Assembly (NCBI GenBank): GCA_951406725.2
Contig: OX597817.1
Coordinates: 66,898,001 to 66,962,000 of the forward strand
Origin: Octopus vulgaris
Lineage: Eukaryota
DNA: 64,000 nt
Reading direction: 5' to 3'
Part shown: positions 13,795 to 27,889 of the stretch, piece after piece
Layout: every line of letters begins with the position of its first letter
How positions within the stretch are numbered: the stretch's first letter is position 1
The notes under the pieces: model-generated
Databases searched by the model: none
What the model was told of the DNA's origin: nothing
Seen by the model: only the letters and a program-made list of their open reading frames with translations
Translations under genes and position numbers: made by a program

Positions 13795-16250
13795 TCTTTC
13801 TGGTTTCCTATATATTCCCTTTTTCTCTCTCCCTTTCTCTTGCTCCTCCTACCTCCCGTCGTGTAGACGGTATTTTCTGTTGCGCCTTCGCCGTTCTCAA
13901 AAATAGCGTCCGTAACACTATCTCGTTCGGCTTAACAGCCCTTCTTGTCTTGTTATTCTCCTTGTCCTGTCTTTTACTGTTTATATGTTGTACTGTCGTT
14001 ACTGTCCTGTTTTTGTTACCATTCTTACCCCTCCGCAAAAAGATCTCAAATTTTATTTAATTTGCTTTTCGCGGGAAGGAAAGTTTCTATCGAAGATACG
14101 TCTCGCCTTCACCTTCGAAACGTAGAGTAGATGAAATCATGGCGACTGAAGAAGGGGAATTTTCCTTGTGTTATTTGTCCTGTACTCTATTTTTTCGTTG
14201 TTTAAGAAAAATGTCCAGTTCCTTGGATTTGTGTTTATGTTTTCGTTTCTCATTGTGTTCGACGTTTTTTTTGTGTCCTGTACCCATATATGCAAGTATA
14301 TATACATGTAGAGGTAGGTAGTACATATATGTATGTATATATGCATATGTTTTATTTATTAATTTATATATATATATATATTAAATATCTGAACGAATTA
14401 AACAGTAGCAGCACGGAATCGTGAAATATATTTGCCAACTAAATGTGGCGGTCCCATAGAAGATTATGCTACTGTTGTTTTTAGCCGCAGGAGGACATAT
14501 TCTCCAGCTGGCTAACGACACACTGCCTGTGCCCGATTAGTATTTGCGAAGGGAAATCCTCGTTTCTATCTCTGGGAGCGATATATATATATATATATAT
14601 AAAATAAGAAAATGGAGGAATACACCTTAATCAATTATCAACTACCAAATAATACCCATTCACAAAATGTATTAACCAACTACATATGAACATCAAGGTC
14701 AAACACAATAATACAGAACTCATTAGTTCTATAAATTAGCTCTTTAGTGTACCCAAGTATAGTGCATTAATTCCTACAGGATAATTACTGCTAGTAAAAT
14801 GGAGAGGATACTGATCAATTCATCAATGAAAGATGTACCCATCCCTACTAAGGACCACTACACTAAAGAGCTAATTTATAGAACTAATGAGTTCTGTATT
14901 ATTGTGTTTGACCTTGATGTTCATATGTAGTTGGTTAATAAATTTTGTGAATGGGTATTATCTGGTAGTTGATAATTGATTAAGGTGTATTCCTCCATTT
15001 TCTTATTTTGTATTATGAATTTGTGGTAAGACATTTTACCTTTGCCCATATAATACCATAAATGAATTAATTGCATCGCAATTCTTAACATTTATGTATT
15101 AACTTTGTTGGGTGCTTTACTGGCAGTATATTGAAAATATGTTATCCCATGGTGGGTTGCACTCACAACCCCTATCTCAATTTGTATATATATATATATA
15201 TTAATAAATGAAATAAAACATATGCATATATATAAACATATATGTACGTACCTACCTCTACATGTACATATACACGCATATATGAGTACAGGACACCAAA
15301 GGGACGTCGAACACAAAGAGAAACGAAAACATAGACACAAACCAAAGGAACTGGACATTTTTTTAAAAACAACAAAATATGGAGTACAGGACAATTAACA
15401 CAAAGAAAAAAACCCTTCTTCAGTCGCTATGGTTTCATCTACTCTACGTTTCGAAGGATAAAAGCGAGACGTATCTTCGACAAGAAACTTTCCTTCCTGC
15501 GAAAAGCAAATCAATTAAAATTCTGAGATCTTTTCGCAGTGGGGTAAAAAATGGTAAAAAAAATGGCAAAAAAACAGGACAGTAACGACAGTACAAAAAT
15601 ATAAACAGTAAAAGACAGGACAGGGAAAACAAGATAAGAAGGGCTGTTGACGCCGAACGAAAAAAGTATTGCAAACGCAGAATTTTTTGTGAACGACAGA
15701 GGAGCAGGAAGAATGTCGTCCAGTTACCTTGAAAGGCCAGGCCAGAAAGACAGTCAGAGCGGAAGTATCGTCGCGGGTGGACGACGGGAAGGGGGGAGGA
15801 GGAGCAAGAGGAAGGGAGAGAAGAAGGGGAATGGCTGCGAGGAAACCGTGAAGAATGGTGAGGGGGAGAGAGAGAGTGAAGAATGAGAGAGAGAGGAAGA
15901 GACAAGTTAAGTAGAGGAAAAAGAAAATCAAAGAATAGGGATGGGACAGAAAGGTGAAGAGTGCGCGTCAGAGTTAATATCAAGACCAAAACTTGATATA
16001 CAGAACAATCTTACTTAAGGGGGTGCGTGCGTTTAGTCATATAATATATTAATAAATAAAATAAAACATATGCATATATATAAACATATATGTACGTACC
16101 TACCTCTACATGTACATATACACGCATATATGAGTACAGGACACCAAAGGGACGTCGAACACAAAGAGAAACGAAAACATAGACACAAACCAAAGGAACT
16201 GGACATTTTTTTAAAAACAACAAAAAATGGAGCACAGGACAATTAACATA
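13790..16250. repeat. Cluster of an interspersed repeat family in both orientations (13790-14365 +, 15200-15960 -, 16040-16250 -), with another copy at 60530-60840
   Basis: Shared core aaaaatgtccagttccttgg..tttgtgt.tatgttttcgtttctc.ttgtgttcgacg. The repeated MSSS(F/L)[13 protein letters not shown] ORFs come from it. Confidence 0.75.
14600..15012 (+). mobile_element. Penelope-like element 5' fragment: inverted arms (~14600-14730, ~14883-15012) around an ORF N-terminal remnant
   Basis: The arms are reverse complements. The spacer translates SSMKDVPIPTKDHYTKELIYRTNEF, which resembles the SxKxIPIP..Y.K.LI motif I recall at the start of Penelope-like RT ORFs. Confidence 0.5.
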
Positions 16251-16803
16251 CATATATGTATTTTGTAAAAGTTCCTACCGATAATGGTTCTCTTTACATA
16301 CCGAAACAACTTGGTAAAATTTATTAATTATTAAATTAATAATACTTTACCCTTATATTTGTAATGAATTTTTTCACTCCCGTATAACAAACTGCAGGTT
16401 TCTTTGCTATCTTGTGACGCACAAGGTAATCTTGGAGGGAAAATACGAATTCACTCGTCTATATAAATTTGGATGTGCTGACTATCTTCTGTTATTTTCC
16501 GATGGCGCTGGATCGGGATGCATAGGGTAGGTTCCCACCATTTTCAAATTTATAAATTATCGAAATATTGTGCTGACGCCGGGAATGAATTTGTATAATT
16601 CTAACCCAGAAACGCGTCCATAATTAATCGAAGACTTTTTGATTTCGTTATTTTACTTCTTTTTGCCTATGTGAGTTACAAATATTGTTATCTGTGGAGT
16701 AACATCTGCAGTAAAAAGGAATGAGCTGTCGTTGGCTGCTATTTCTAAATTTTCGGTATGTAGTGAAGCAACTTGTTGCTTAACCCTTAATTATATATAT
16801 AGT

Positions 16804-17141
16804 GAAGGCGCATGGCTCAGTGATTAGAGCGTCGAGCTTACGATCGTGAGGTTGTGAGCTCGAATCCCGGACCGGGCTACGTGTTGTGTTCTCGAGCAAG
16901 GCACTTTATTTCACGTTGCTCCAGTTCACTCAGCTGTAGAAATGAGTTGCGACGTCACAGGTGCCAAGCTGTATCGACCTTTGTCTTTCCCTTGGATAAC
17001 ACTGGTGGCGTGGAGAGGGGAGGCCGGTATGCATGGGCGACTGCTGGCCTTCCATAAACAACCTTGCCCGGACTTGTGTCTAGGAGGGTAACTTTCTAGG
17101 TGCAATCCCATGGTCATTCATGACCGAAGGGGGTCTTTACC

Positions 17142-17146
<5 letters not shown>
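16804..17146 (+). mobile_element. tRNA-derived SINE (family 2), apparently full length
   Basis: A-box TGGCTCAGTGATTAG and B-box-like GCTCGAATCCC, followed by a non-tRNA body. Inserted in (TA)n. Confidence 0.85.
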
Positions 17147-17176
<30 letters not shown>

Positions 17177-17229
17177 GTTATCCCATGGTGGGTTGCACTC
17201 ACAACCCCTATCTCAATTTATATATATAT

Positions 17230-18113
17230 ACTAGCATTAAAGACCCGTCGTTGCCGGGTCATAGTGCTAGTGCATGTATATATGTGCATATATATGTGTA
17301 CATATTACATGTACATCTATATATATATACATCTACACATAAAATGCAAAATACAAAGTTATATCTTGATATCGCTAGTGATAATAATACTCAAAATATA
17401 TAACAGACTGGAATTGTTAGCTTTTTTCTCTACATTGTATACTTTATAGACAATAGTCTTTTCTTTAATTTAATTTTTTATTATCCATCTAGACTATTCC
17501 ATTTCTGCACGCTAATTTTATTTTTAATTTATTCCCATTCATGTGAAACCACTTATTCAAGTTCAAATCATTGATGCAATTTTAAACCAATTGCTATTTT
17601 TACTTTTGTATGTTACGATTATATTATACTTTAGTTTTATTTTAATTATTACTTACTACATATAATTCAATTGTTATTATTATTTTTATTGTTAAAGTGA
17701 AAGCATCTGACATAAAATAGAGAAATATTTTTGTTTCACTTTTAACACGTAATACTGAAATAGTGGAGAAGATATGATATTGCTATGGGCTCAATCTAGG
17801 CAAGAAGTTGAACATTTTTTTTTGCCCATGAAACTACATGGACCCTAAGTAAGGCATGTGTAAAATTTGAATGAAATTGGTTGTGTAGTTCTCAAGTTTT
17901 AGGGAATCTTAGTGGAGAAGATATGATATTGCTGTGGGCTCGCCCTAGGCAAAAAGTTAAAAAATGTTTTGCCGATGACACTCCTCGGACCCTAAGTAAG
18001 GCATATGTAAAATTTGAATGAAATTGGTTGTGTAGTTCTCAAGTTTTAGGGAAACACACAGACAGACAGACAGACAGACAAACACACATTCTCAGTTTTA
18101 TATATATAAAGAT
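17230..18113 (+). mobile_element. Helentron-associated non-autonomous element (HINE/DINE-1-like)
   Basis: Starts ACTAGCA..GACCCGTCGTTGCCGGGTC..TGCTAGT hairpin, has an internal ~150-bp tandem duplication and (CAGA)n, and ends TTTTATATATATAAAGAT. Same architecture as 46376-46778. Confidence 0.6.
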
Positions 18114-18397
18114 ATATATATCTTTGTATGCGTGGGGGTTAAAGGGAGAGAAAGAGATGTAGAGAGAAATAGAGACACAGAGGGAGAGAGAAAGAACGGA
18201 GAATTATTCAACAATAAACATTGCTGTGGAAATACAATGGCCATTCATCCAAATAATGCTCTTGGCGACTTTCTAAATGCTAAAACATTCCAAGTAATGT
18301 TATGAATAAAACTGACAAGTGTTCCATAAATTTATTTGCAGCACGTGCATTAGATGGCTTTTATTAAAGTGGCTGCAAGGGAACGCGCTCGCCCACG

Positions 18398-18483
<86 letters not shown>

Positions 18484-20234
18484 TCGACAAATGAATGAAA
18501 CAATTTTCTCATTTGTCAGCGATGCTAACAATAAACAGATGTTGGACATAAATTATCAGAGTGAGATGAAATCTACTTGGTGGTATTTTGCAGCTAAGAA
18601 TGATGTGCCTCTATTGGCGTTTACTTTTTAATTAGAAAACGAAAAGATAGGAAAGTTACCTGTCTCTACACAGCTAGAATAGGAGCGGGTTTCCTCAGGC
18701 TTTCAAGACAACAATTAGAGGTAGTTCTTACCGATTTGTGGGAGTGATATGTTCTCTATAGGCTAAGAAAAGAATTACAGTACCGCGTGTAAGTTATTTT
18801 AAAGTTGAAAATGGGATGAAAATGGAGGCCGAATTTGTGCTTCAATACACTTGTGCCTCAATACACTTATCCCTACACTTGTGGTCACCTCTATGTCATC
18901 AATATATGTGGTGTATGCGGGACATTTGAAATAGAGACACCTACCTTCTCTTCGTCGATGTAGACCTCCCTAGCGGTAACGCGCCCTTCCACGTGGCCCA
19001 ATCCGAACGTTAGAAATAGCAGCTGCTTTTCACCTACCTTGACAAAGCGCTCACACGTCCAGCTCTGTCCGCTACCCCGATCGAAAAGGTCCAATCCTCC
19101 CCTGTCTGCGCGTGCGTCAGTCCTGCCCCTTCCTCTTCTGGTCAGCCCCAAGTTCTGGTCAGCTCCCCAGCTGCTGACGTCATCCCACACGCCACCCTGA
19201 TCTTAAAGATCACATTCTCTCTACATAGACAAAGTGTGATTGCTGGGAACGGTATGAATCTCAGCAGATAATGATTCACGAAGATTACAGAACTTTGTTT
19301 GAGTGGTGTCCTACTGAGGGCGCAGAAGGAAAAGCCATGGCACTCGTACTGCGAAGCAGAAGTTCTCGCTATTAGACGAGTGGAAATTAGGGCCATTTAG
19401 GAGTCTTCTGTTCAGGAGAACTTCAATGCGAAAATAGAGAGAGCAACAGGAATCACACCAACAATAGCCGGTCTCGAGAACCCTGTTTCGACATCATCGC
19501 CAAAGATAACTATAACTCTTACCGTCGTCAATTTCAAAATCCGATGACCAAAAAACGGTTGACCAGAAAGTCGAGGGTATTTCCCTGGCTGTGCTGTCCC
19601 ATCGTTTTGTGACAGTGAGTACAGCATGGAAAGTTAACAAAGGTGGGAAAAAAACAATGATGGATAGAGCAAAGAGACAGGAGAGAAAAACGATTCTAAA
19701 TAAGAAAGGTCTATTCCAAGGGAAGACAACTAGAATGTGCAAGGATGGGACTGTACCCCAAGGCTCGAATTTCGCGGCTGTGCGAAGCCCTAATATTTTT
19801 CTAGTTGAAATAGTAGAAGGCTTCAAGAAACACAATGAGCAAGTTACTGTTTTGAAGATGCAGAAATACGGTCAGAAGATTTCAAAAGATACTTCGATAA
19901 TAGACTAATAGTCACGCTATTAAACTTTCATAAGTTGAAAGTCGCCTGTCTGAAGGACTCGGAAGGAAATTTTCCACGCCAAACGAAGTACTTACGGAAT
20001 CTTTTGGCACACCAGGTTCCAATGCACGGAGAAACAAGAATACAAAGTTCTGGGATGCTCTGATCCAGCGTCACTGGTGAATCCACACGTATGAGTGGGT
20101 CGTTTGCGTTATTTTCTTTCTTCATTCTTTAAATAATATCTTTTAAAATTGTATTTATTGTGTGATTAATTTTTTTTATCTTCACATATTTTGTAAAACG
20201 ATTGTATACGTGTCCGTTGCATGAACGGTTAGAC

Positions 20235-20660
20235 TTTGGTGGCAGTAACTGGTAGAATCGGTAAAATGTCGAACATTTCTTCGGGCTCTTTATGTTTTGA
20301 GTTCAATAAAACCGCCGAAGTCGCTTTCATCTTTTGTCCTTTCGGGGTCGATAAAATAAGTACCAGTCAAACACTGGAGTTGATGTAATCGATGTCCTCT
20401 TACCGTCAAAACACTGACGGCCTTGTGTCAAAATTTGAAGCAATTTAAAGCGGTGAATTGGCAGAACAGTCCGCGCTTTGGGCAAATAATTAGCAATGTT
20501 TCTTACGGCTTTATTTCTGAATTCAAATTCCGCCGAGGTGAGCTTTGTTTTCCATTCTTTCGAGGTAGATAACATAAGTGTCAGTCGAGTACTGGGTCGA
20601 TATACTCGACTATCTCTCTCCCCTAAAATTGTTGGCCACGCGCCAAAATTAGAAGAAATA
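20235..20660 (+). mobile_element. Two tandem decayed SINE copies (family 3)
   Basis: Both match the family-3 copy at 23471 (ctggtagaatcg...ttcatccttt cggggtcgataaa..agtaccag). Confidence 0.7.
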
Positions 20661-21739
20661 ATAATAATATTAATAATGATGATGATGATGATGATGATGA
20701 TGAGGAGGAGGAGGAGGAGGGGGTGATGATGATGATGATGATGATCAGCATGGACGTGTGACAGCGAGCTTCCGGGAAGATAGATCAAATCTGAAACAAT
20801 CACGAAGCAGGAATAAAGAATCCGCAAAACAATGAAGGAAAACTATGTTTTAATGTAAGCCATCTCAGGAAACCGAAAGATTTTTCTAATATGGAGTATA
20901 TGTATATAAAAAATAGCTTCCCTCAGATGCCTCACCAGAGCCATACCTCTATACGAAAACTGCATGCCTCTGAGTAAAATTTTAATCACATATTAATCAC
21001 ATATGCATCCATTCATATCTATACAAACCTTCTCTATATTAGCACATTGCTGTTTCTTCTCGCTCTCTCGCTTATACATCAATAATAATCATAAATACGA
21101 GATCAACACATGTCCATGGACGGTGTTTTGTCAAAAAGTAAACGCTGCTAAAACGGACCCATAACAAAACCAACCAAAAAAAGAACGATGGACAGATAAC
21201 CTTAAATACAATTAAACGGTTGATTTATGATTTTCACACACTACTATGCAACACTCATCCTAAAGCATACGGTAATAAACTCATGCAGTGAATACCCAAT
21301 AAAATGAACAAAGTCCACAAGATGTACCATAGAAGTTCGATACCCAACATAAGAACACAACCTGCACAACACAAACAACATACAATACAAAATCTAATAC
21401 TACAAAAATATCAAACCAAACGCCATAACAAAACATACTGATGCAATACAATATTCCTCAACAAATACAAAAAAAAAATGAAGAACAGACCTCACCAGCA
21501 CGAAAGTCAACAAGTGATGCAATAGAAAGTTACATGAAACTATCAAACATCGAAAAATAATAGTGGTGAAGACGATGGTGACGAACGTTTCCTTACTTCA
21601 GTTTATGAGCGACAACATTTCGCCAAGAAACTCTTGTTATAACTGAAAATGAGGTTGGATCTTTAAGAGAAGGCTTCTCGCTTGGCAGTGGTTCAGTAAA
21701 TATGCATACTGACCACAGCTGTTATCCTAAGACAGCATC

Positions 21740-22780
21740 AGCAGATGCTGTCTTAGGATTAAGGAGGAGGAAGTGGACCAGCGAAGAAAACAGGATAGTG
21801 AAGCAGTGCTACTTAGAAAGTGAACCTAAAAGAAGGGGCTATATAAAACGGATGTTAGCACTTTTAAAGTGACTGAGCAGAGACTAGTAGATCAAGCTAA
21901 TGCTATTAAGAGAAGAAAGTGGATAACAGAATTGGAGGTGGAAGAGATCACAAGAGAACTGGGAGAGAAAGATCAAGCAGCAGGAAAAACAAAAAAAAAA
22001 ATCATAAGAGATATATATCAAACCAAAGAACCTAACGGAAAAAATAATAATAGCATTACCAATAAGAAAGGGACAACTGGCACCAGCGATTAAGGTGATT
22101 TAAGTGAAGAAGACCAGAAGATTTTAGATGAGTTGTTGGAAGTAATGAGTAAAGAAGTAAGAAAACGATTGCCAGCATTAAAAGGTACCAACAGAAGGAA
22201 GCTGTTAGATATGACTAGGAAAGTAGATTCTATTATCAGTAGGATAGATATTAAAAATATAGGAGACACTAACTTACTGATCTATGCAGGAGGGGTAGTA
22301 GTTACTAGAAGATTAGATATTCTACAAGGAAAGATTAGGAAAGAGAAAATGTGGAAAACTAGGCTAGAAAATAAAGTAACGAGTTTAAGGCAAGGTCTGA
22401 GTAGAATAGAAGCCTGGAACTGAACAAGTCAGGAAACACAAGATTTAAATCTCTTGAGAAAAGATTCATAGTCAAATAGAAAGGATTTGGGACAGTGATA
22501 GAAGAGTTGAAATCAACGTATCATAACAGTAGCAGGTAAACTTTCCAGATATCAGAAAAGAATAGATCAGTATCAATAGAATAGATTATCCGAGATAGAC
22601 CACAGGAGATTTTATAACCAAAAAAATAATGGAGAAAAAAGTACTGAAGATGAAATACCTAATGCAGAAGAAGCTAGAAAGTTCTGGGGTAATATTTAGG
22701 ATAAGCCAGTCAATCATAATGGAGATGCAGTGTGATTAAAGAAAGTGAGGGAAGAAGTGGTGAGTGAGAAGCAGATGAGG
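21740..22780 (+). mobile_element. R4/Dong-clade non-LTR retrotransposon, N-terminal ORF fragment (decayed)
   Basis: RRKWTSEENRIVKQCYLESEP.RRGY..RM, TEQRLVDQANAIKRRKWITELEVEEI, TNLLIYAGGVVV and KMWKTRLENKV are typical of R4/Dong N-termini. Many stops. Confidence 0.7.
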
Positions 22781-23470
22781 TTGTGTGGCTTTAACAGATG
22801 AGGTTGTGTGTTGGACCAAGTTGAAATGGCTGCACCTTTAGATCGAGGGTAGATGAAGTGGAGAGGATACTTGCCCTAGTCGTTAGGGTGATCGTGTTTT
22901 TTGTGGGATTTCTACGAGCAGCCCTTTGAGTCACCCTCTTTTGGGGTTATACTTGCTATAATTTTTATTGCTATTTCCTTTTTACACGATTCAGTTCCAC
23001 TCTATATACATCGTATTGTCCTGTACCGTAATCAGCCTTTTTTTATATGAAACCACAGTGGTTAATAAAGGATTATCATCATCATCATCATCATCATAAT
23101 CATCGTCATCGTCATCGTCATCGTCATCCTCCTCCTCCTCCTCCTCATCATCATCATCAAAGGATATAACAGAGGATATATATTTCTCTAATTTCTATTA
23201 TACACCCTCTGTTATATATCTATTATATATTCCTTAATATGATAGTATCTCCCTTTGATCGATGAAACCCCACCTATTTTTGCTTTTGTTTTTGCATCTT
23301 TTTTTGTTTTGTTTTGTGTGCTGTAACTCGTCCTTTAATATTGTTCCCCATGCCTTAGGCCCTTGTCGCCAATAAAAGAAATCATTATTACTAGCTGGAC
23401 TCGTGAAAATATAAAAAATGTGTGCTTCTGTAAATTGTGTTCTGGTGCCATGAGAAATGTGACAGTTAAA

Positions 23471-23686
23471 GGCGGCAAGCTGGTAGAATCGTTAGCACGA
23501 CGGGCGAAATGCTTAGCGTTATTTCGTCTGTCTTTACGTTCTGAGTTCAAATTCTGTTTTGGTCGACTTTGATTTCATCCTTTCGGAGTCGATAAATTAA
23601 GTACCAGTTGCGTACAGGAGTCGATCTAATCGACTGGCCCCCTCCCCCAACAAAATTTCAAGACTTGTGCTTATAGTAGAAAAGTA
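23471..23686 (+). mobile_element. tRNA-derived SINE (family 3)
   Basis: GGCGGCAAGCTGGTAGAATCGTTAGC A-box and GAGTTCAAATTC B-box. Many paralogs in the window. Confidence 0.8.
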
Positions 23687-24624
23687 TATTGCAACAGTTA
23701 CAGAATATAGAAAGAAGTGTAAAACCGATAACTATATATAATCCAACCAAAATATCTCAATTACGCAAATGTAAACAGAATTACTATTTAGCCCTAAAAT
23801 ATATCGTACATATTCAGAGAACCCTCTTTAGTGGTACGGAATGTTTTCCTCGTATCCTTTTATTCTTTTACTTGTTTCAGTCATTTGACGGTGGCCTTGC
23901 TGAAGCATGACCCTTTAGTCGAAGAAATTGATTTATTCCCTGTAAACCTGGTGAACATGCTTTCGTCCACTACTTGATACAAGGAAAAAGAAATTGGAAA
24001 AATCCTGACCAAGGCAGAGAAATTTAACAAAAATATAGAAAGAGAAAGAAAAGTTTATATTCGAAAACCAAAAGATGTTTTTTAGCTAAGGTGTAATTTT
24101 ATAATTAAAACAAATTCAAAATTTAGATTTCGGAACATAAGACTTACCATGTTATCTGGTGTATGGCCGAATTCAAATGGGTAGAAGACCTAAAACAAAT
24201 GTGTGTGTGTGTGTGTTGCTGGGCCTTTAATATCCAGGGGTCAATTTCAGTTCAATCGTGCCTATCAACCACTCCGAAAAGACAGTTTCATGCCGTCATG
24301 TCTCTCTTTCTCTCTCACTCTCTTTCTCTTTCTCTCTCACTTCCTCTCTCCCCTGCTCGACACACGCATTAAATTTAAGAATCTTAATTTTTCGCATTAA
24401 GCTGCTGCTTCAGTGGCCCAGTAGGTATGGGTGTTAAGAAGTAATAATACAACGCATAGGTAGTGGTCTCAAATCTCTTACAGAAATTGCATGCGTTCTA
24501 GTTAAAAAATTTTAATTAAGCAAAAAAATTTCTTTCAAAAGTTTCTTTCTCTTAAGCGTGACACACGCGTCAGGAACGTATTAAAACCAATTTGGCGTAT
24601 TAATATTATTCATTATTATTATTA

Positions 24625-26135
24625 TATGCTGGACTTTTGCTTTGCATTCGTACAAGTTGGCTCCAAGTCTCACCCAGAGGCCTCAAGAGACAAGTTAGAA
24701 GTCCATATTGGTGTGATGCCTAGCATGTCATATATCTGGTTTTGTACATCATATTGTTGTAGATAATGTTTAAAAAAACATAAGAAAATTATGAGTTAGT
24801 TTTAAATTTTGAGATTACATAGACAGTATTTTATGTATGATATGGGCAGTTCTCAGGAGCACTATATTTTAAATTTCTGCCATTTTGGGGTTTCCTGGTA
24901 TCTGAGCTAGGTAGCAACCAGTTAGGAATGATAGCCATTTTGCTATCATTCCTAGGGCACCGATGACAATAGGTATTGTTTTAGTCTTCAGGTTCCACAT
25001 TTTGCCAATTTCTATTTCAAGATCTTTATATTTGCTCAGTTTTTTGTAGGTCTTGACATGCATTTATATCGATTGGGACGGTCATATCAATGAGGAGGCA
25101 TAATATTTGTTTGAAGTATTTCAATATAATGTCTGGCCTATTTGCATCTATCTTTCTATCAGTTTGAATGGTGAAGTTCCAAACGAGTGAAATGTGATCA
25201 TTTTCAAGCACTGGAGGTGGTTTGTGTTCCCACCAGTTTTTATCATGGGGCAAGTCAAGGTTTTTACAAATTACCCAGTGAATATATTGTGTTGTTCTAT
25301 CATGCCTGTTGAGATACTCTGTAGGCGCAAGAAGACTGCACATGGAGACAACATGATCAATGGTTTCCTTTTGTTGTTGACATACACGACATGTTGGACA
25401 GCTGCCGTTCTTTAATATGTTGGCCTAGTAGTTTCTTGTAGGTAGGCATTGATCTTGGGCTGCTATAATAAACCTTTCTGTTTCTGATTTTAAGCCAGAA
25501 GCCATTAACCATTGATGGGTAAGGGCTTTGTCAACATCGGCATTATTAGCTTTCTTTGGGTATTTGCCATTGAGATGTTTTTCTTGCCGTTTATCAGTGA
25601 GAACATCTAAGGCAGCAGTTTTAGCACGGGTTTTCATACGCTTAGTTTTTTCTGTGCTTGTTTCTAGTACATCTAATTCTGGAATTTTTGTTGCATTTGG
25701 AATTCACTCGTATAATCCTTTGCCTGTTTTGTTACTGAGTATGATGCTTTCTTGTTTTCATGTTTTGAGACCAGTTTTAATATTCAGTCCTCAGAGTTTT
25801 TCAGGTAGGCGTCTAGGCCAGTTGTGGTAATCTTCATTGTTAATTCCAGTTGTAAAGGTCCACGCCCTTCCTCTTTTCTTAGCAGATAAAGTCGTTCTAT
25901 ATCTGCCTTAGGGTGACGCAGTCTATGCATTGTCAACAATTTTCGTATTTTTCTGTCAAGATTACATATTTCAGTAATTGACCAGTTAATGATACTGGAA
26001 CTGTAAGTCATGACTGGTATGACTAAAATATTGAGCACTTCGATCCTGTTTCTTGCATTCAGCTCTGTCTTGAGTATTGCTCTTACTCTGCGATAACATT
26101 CTCTCCTGATCCTTTACCTCATCACTGATTGTTTG
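24625..26135 (-). mobile_element. R4/Dong-clade non-LTR retrotransposon, 3' part (post-RT, Cys/His motif, restriction-like endonuclease), decayed
   Basis: IIAAQDQCLPTRNY, YLNRHD, NRPDIIL...LIDMTVP and KLSKYKDL...VIGALG give the RHD and PD-(D/E)xK REL signature. Flanked by (TTA)n and (TTC)n. Confidence 0.85.
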
Positions 26136-26137
26136 AT

Positions 26138-26232
26138 TCTTCTTCTTCTTCTTCTTCTTCTTCTTCTTCTTCTTCTTCTTCTTCTTCTTCTTCTTCTTCT
26201 TCTTCTTCTTCTTCTTCTTCTTCTTCTTCTTC
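26138..26232. repeat. (TTC)n microsatellite
   Basis: Pure trinucleotide run of about 95 bp. Confidence 0.95.
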
Positions 26233-26396
26233 TACAAATAATTTCTATACTTGTCGCACATTTTCACTTCAATCTTAGACCATTTATAATCCATATTTCA
26301 TCCTGAATTAAGATTAATTCGCAAAAGTTGCCCTCATTTGCTATGCAGTACTTAATCAAAATGACACTGTATTTATCCTAAACTTTATAAAATACA

Positions 26397-26480
<84 letters not shown>

Positions 26481-26655
26481 AATATTTCCTGTTGAAACCG
26501 AATAGGAATTAGTGTAGGAAAATCTCGAGTAGTTTCAGCCAATAGAAATTCCCGCCATTCTGAATAAAAACTAAGTAGTCTGATATTTTCCAATCACTTC
26601 TGTTGCATTCTTGTCTTTACTTTCCCACAGTTTAATTCTTGTTAATCACAACGAT

Positions 26656-26716
26656 ATGCATTTGCTGATACTTTTCCAAGTTATTCTGATTGCTGGAATT
26701 ACCTGGTCTCAACAAG
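26656..26716 (+). CDS. Micro-exon gene, exon 1: signal peptide MHLLILFQVILIAGITWSQQ (phase 1 end)
   Basis: ATG at 26656, a hydrophobic core and small residues before ..TWS|QQ. Donor AAG|GTACGT after 61 nt (20 codons + 1). Confidence 0.75.
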
Positions 26717-27889
26717 GTACGTTGATTATATTTTGTTATTTTCCAACCTATATTTATTGCAAAACACCCGCCACTGGTAGTTTCAATTGCGTATAAGACT
26801 GATGAAAGTTTCTGCGAATCATATATCTGTTAGCAATGCTGTGCAAAGCTACAATCAAGGGCACTTAACTCTCACTTGATTTGCTTCATATACCTGTAAC
26901 CAGGTATCATATATGGCACAGCGCACTGTTTTAAACGATGATAGTTCTGTACCATAGACTAGTGTTTGGCTAACTTGGAGTAACGATCTGAAGTTGTGCT
27001 ATTAGTGCGACTTGAAGTAGAAATTCCTGCAATCGCGTTTGTTTTAGGCCCCTCTATGCCTGATCGAATAGTGGAGGTACAACCGTAATATAAGGCGTGT
27101 CTTCAGCATTTTTATACCTGCGCTAAAATGGATCACGAGTTCTCTTAGCGGAAAAACTTTTACCAGCTTCTGGGAGCCCACTATTCCCTATGAGAAGGAC
27201 AATTTTCGACTGCTTTAGGTCTTTGGCACTCGCCACTAACCACACACGAATCTCGTCTCTTGCAACGATATCCTTGCACCAGTCACTCTCCGCTCTCATC
27301 ATCTCTATTGCTATATGAAGACCACAGACCAAACACCTGCCTCTACACACCATAAACAGTACGTCAAATGTGTCTACGACAACGACAGTCCATCCTAACT
27401 ACGAAGTTCTCTCACACATTTGAGTTGTAACATGTTATGTTATTTTATTTCATGTATGGCAGCCATTGTATTTTATAACGGAGAATAAAACGTCGCCTAC
27501 CAGTTCATTTCCATCTCACGTTGTATTTATCCTCATTAAACATTTTCGTTATACCCTATTTAATTATTATGGGCCTAATGAATAACCTATCCTGTCTGAA
27601 TGGCTTAATGCCGTTGGTCCAAGTAACTAGTTTGAGAGGGTTTTACACTTCCCTTTCCTCTCGGCTAATCCTACACTTGCCTTTCCTATTGGTTAATTCT
27701 ACACAAAAGAAAAAAAAAACAAAAAAAAACAATATGATTCTGAAAATGCAATCATGAAAAAACAAAACCTCACACATCCCACATGCAGACAGCAAAACTA
27801 GTAACGAAAAGTTACTTACACTATCGTCTATGACATAGATGATAATATCAATTCCAGGACAACGAAAACAACCGTATCAGGAGCAACAA

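Noticed and set aside
14110-14160. Permuted hammerhead-like boxes (GAAACGTA ... CTGAAGA) in the 14-16 kb repeat family
   Set aside because: Stem I cannot form and stem II is poor.
16804-16880. tRNA gene
   Set aside because: The A and B boxes run into a SINE body and no full cloverleaf is evident. It is a SINE head.
18890-20100. GC-richer block with ORFs of 70-113 aa
   Set aside because: No recognisable domain or consistent splice pattern. Probably a TE remnant that I cannot classify.
26828-27432. Possible solo LTR (TGTTA...TAACA) in intron 1
   Set aside because: No matching TSD and no second copy in the window.
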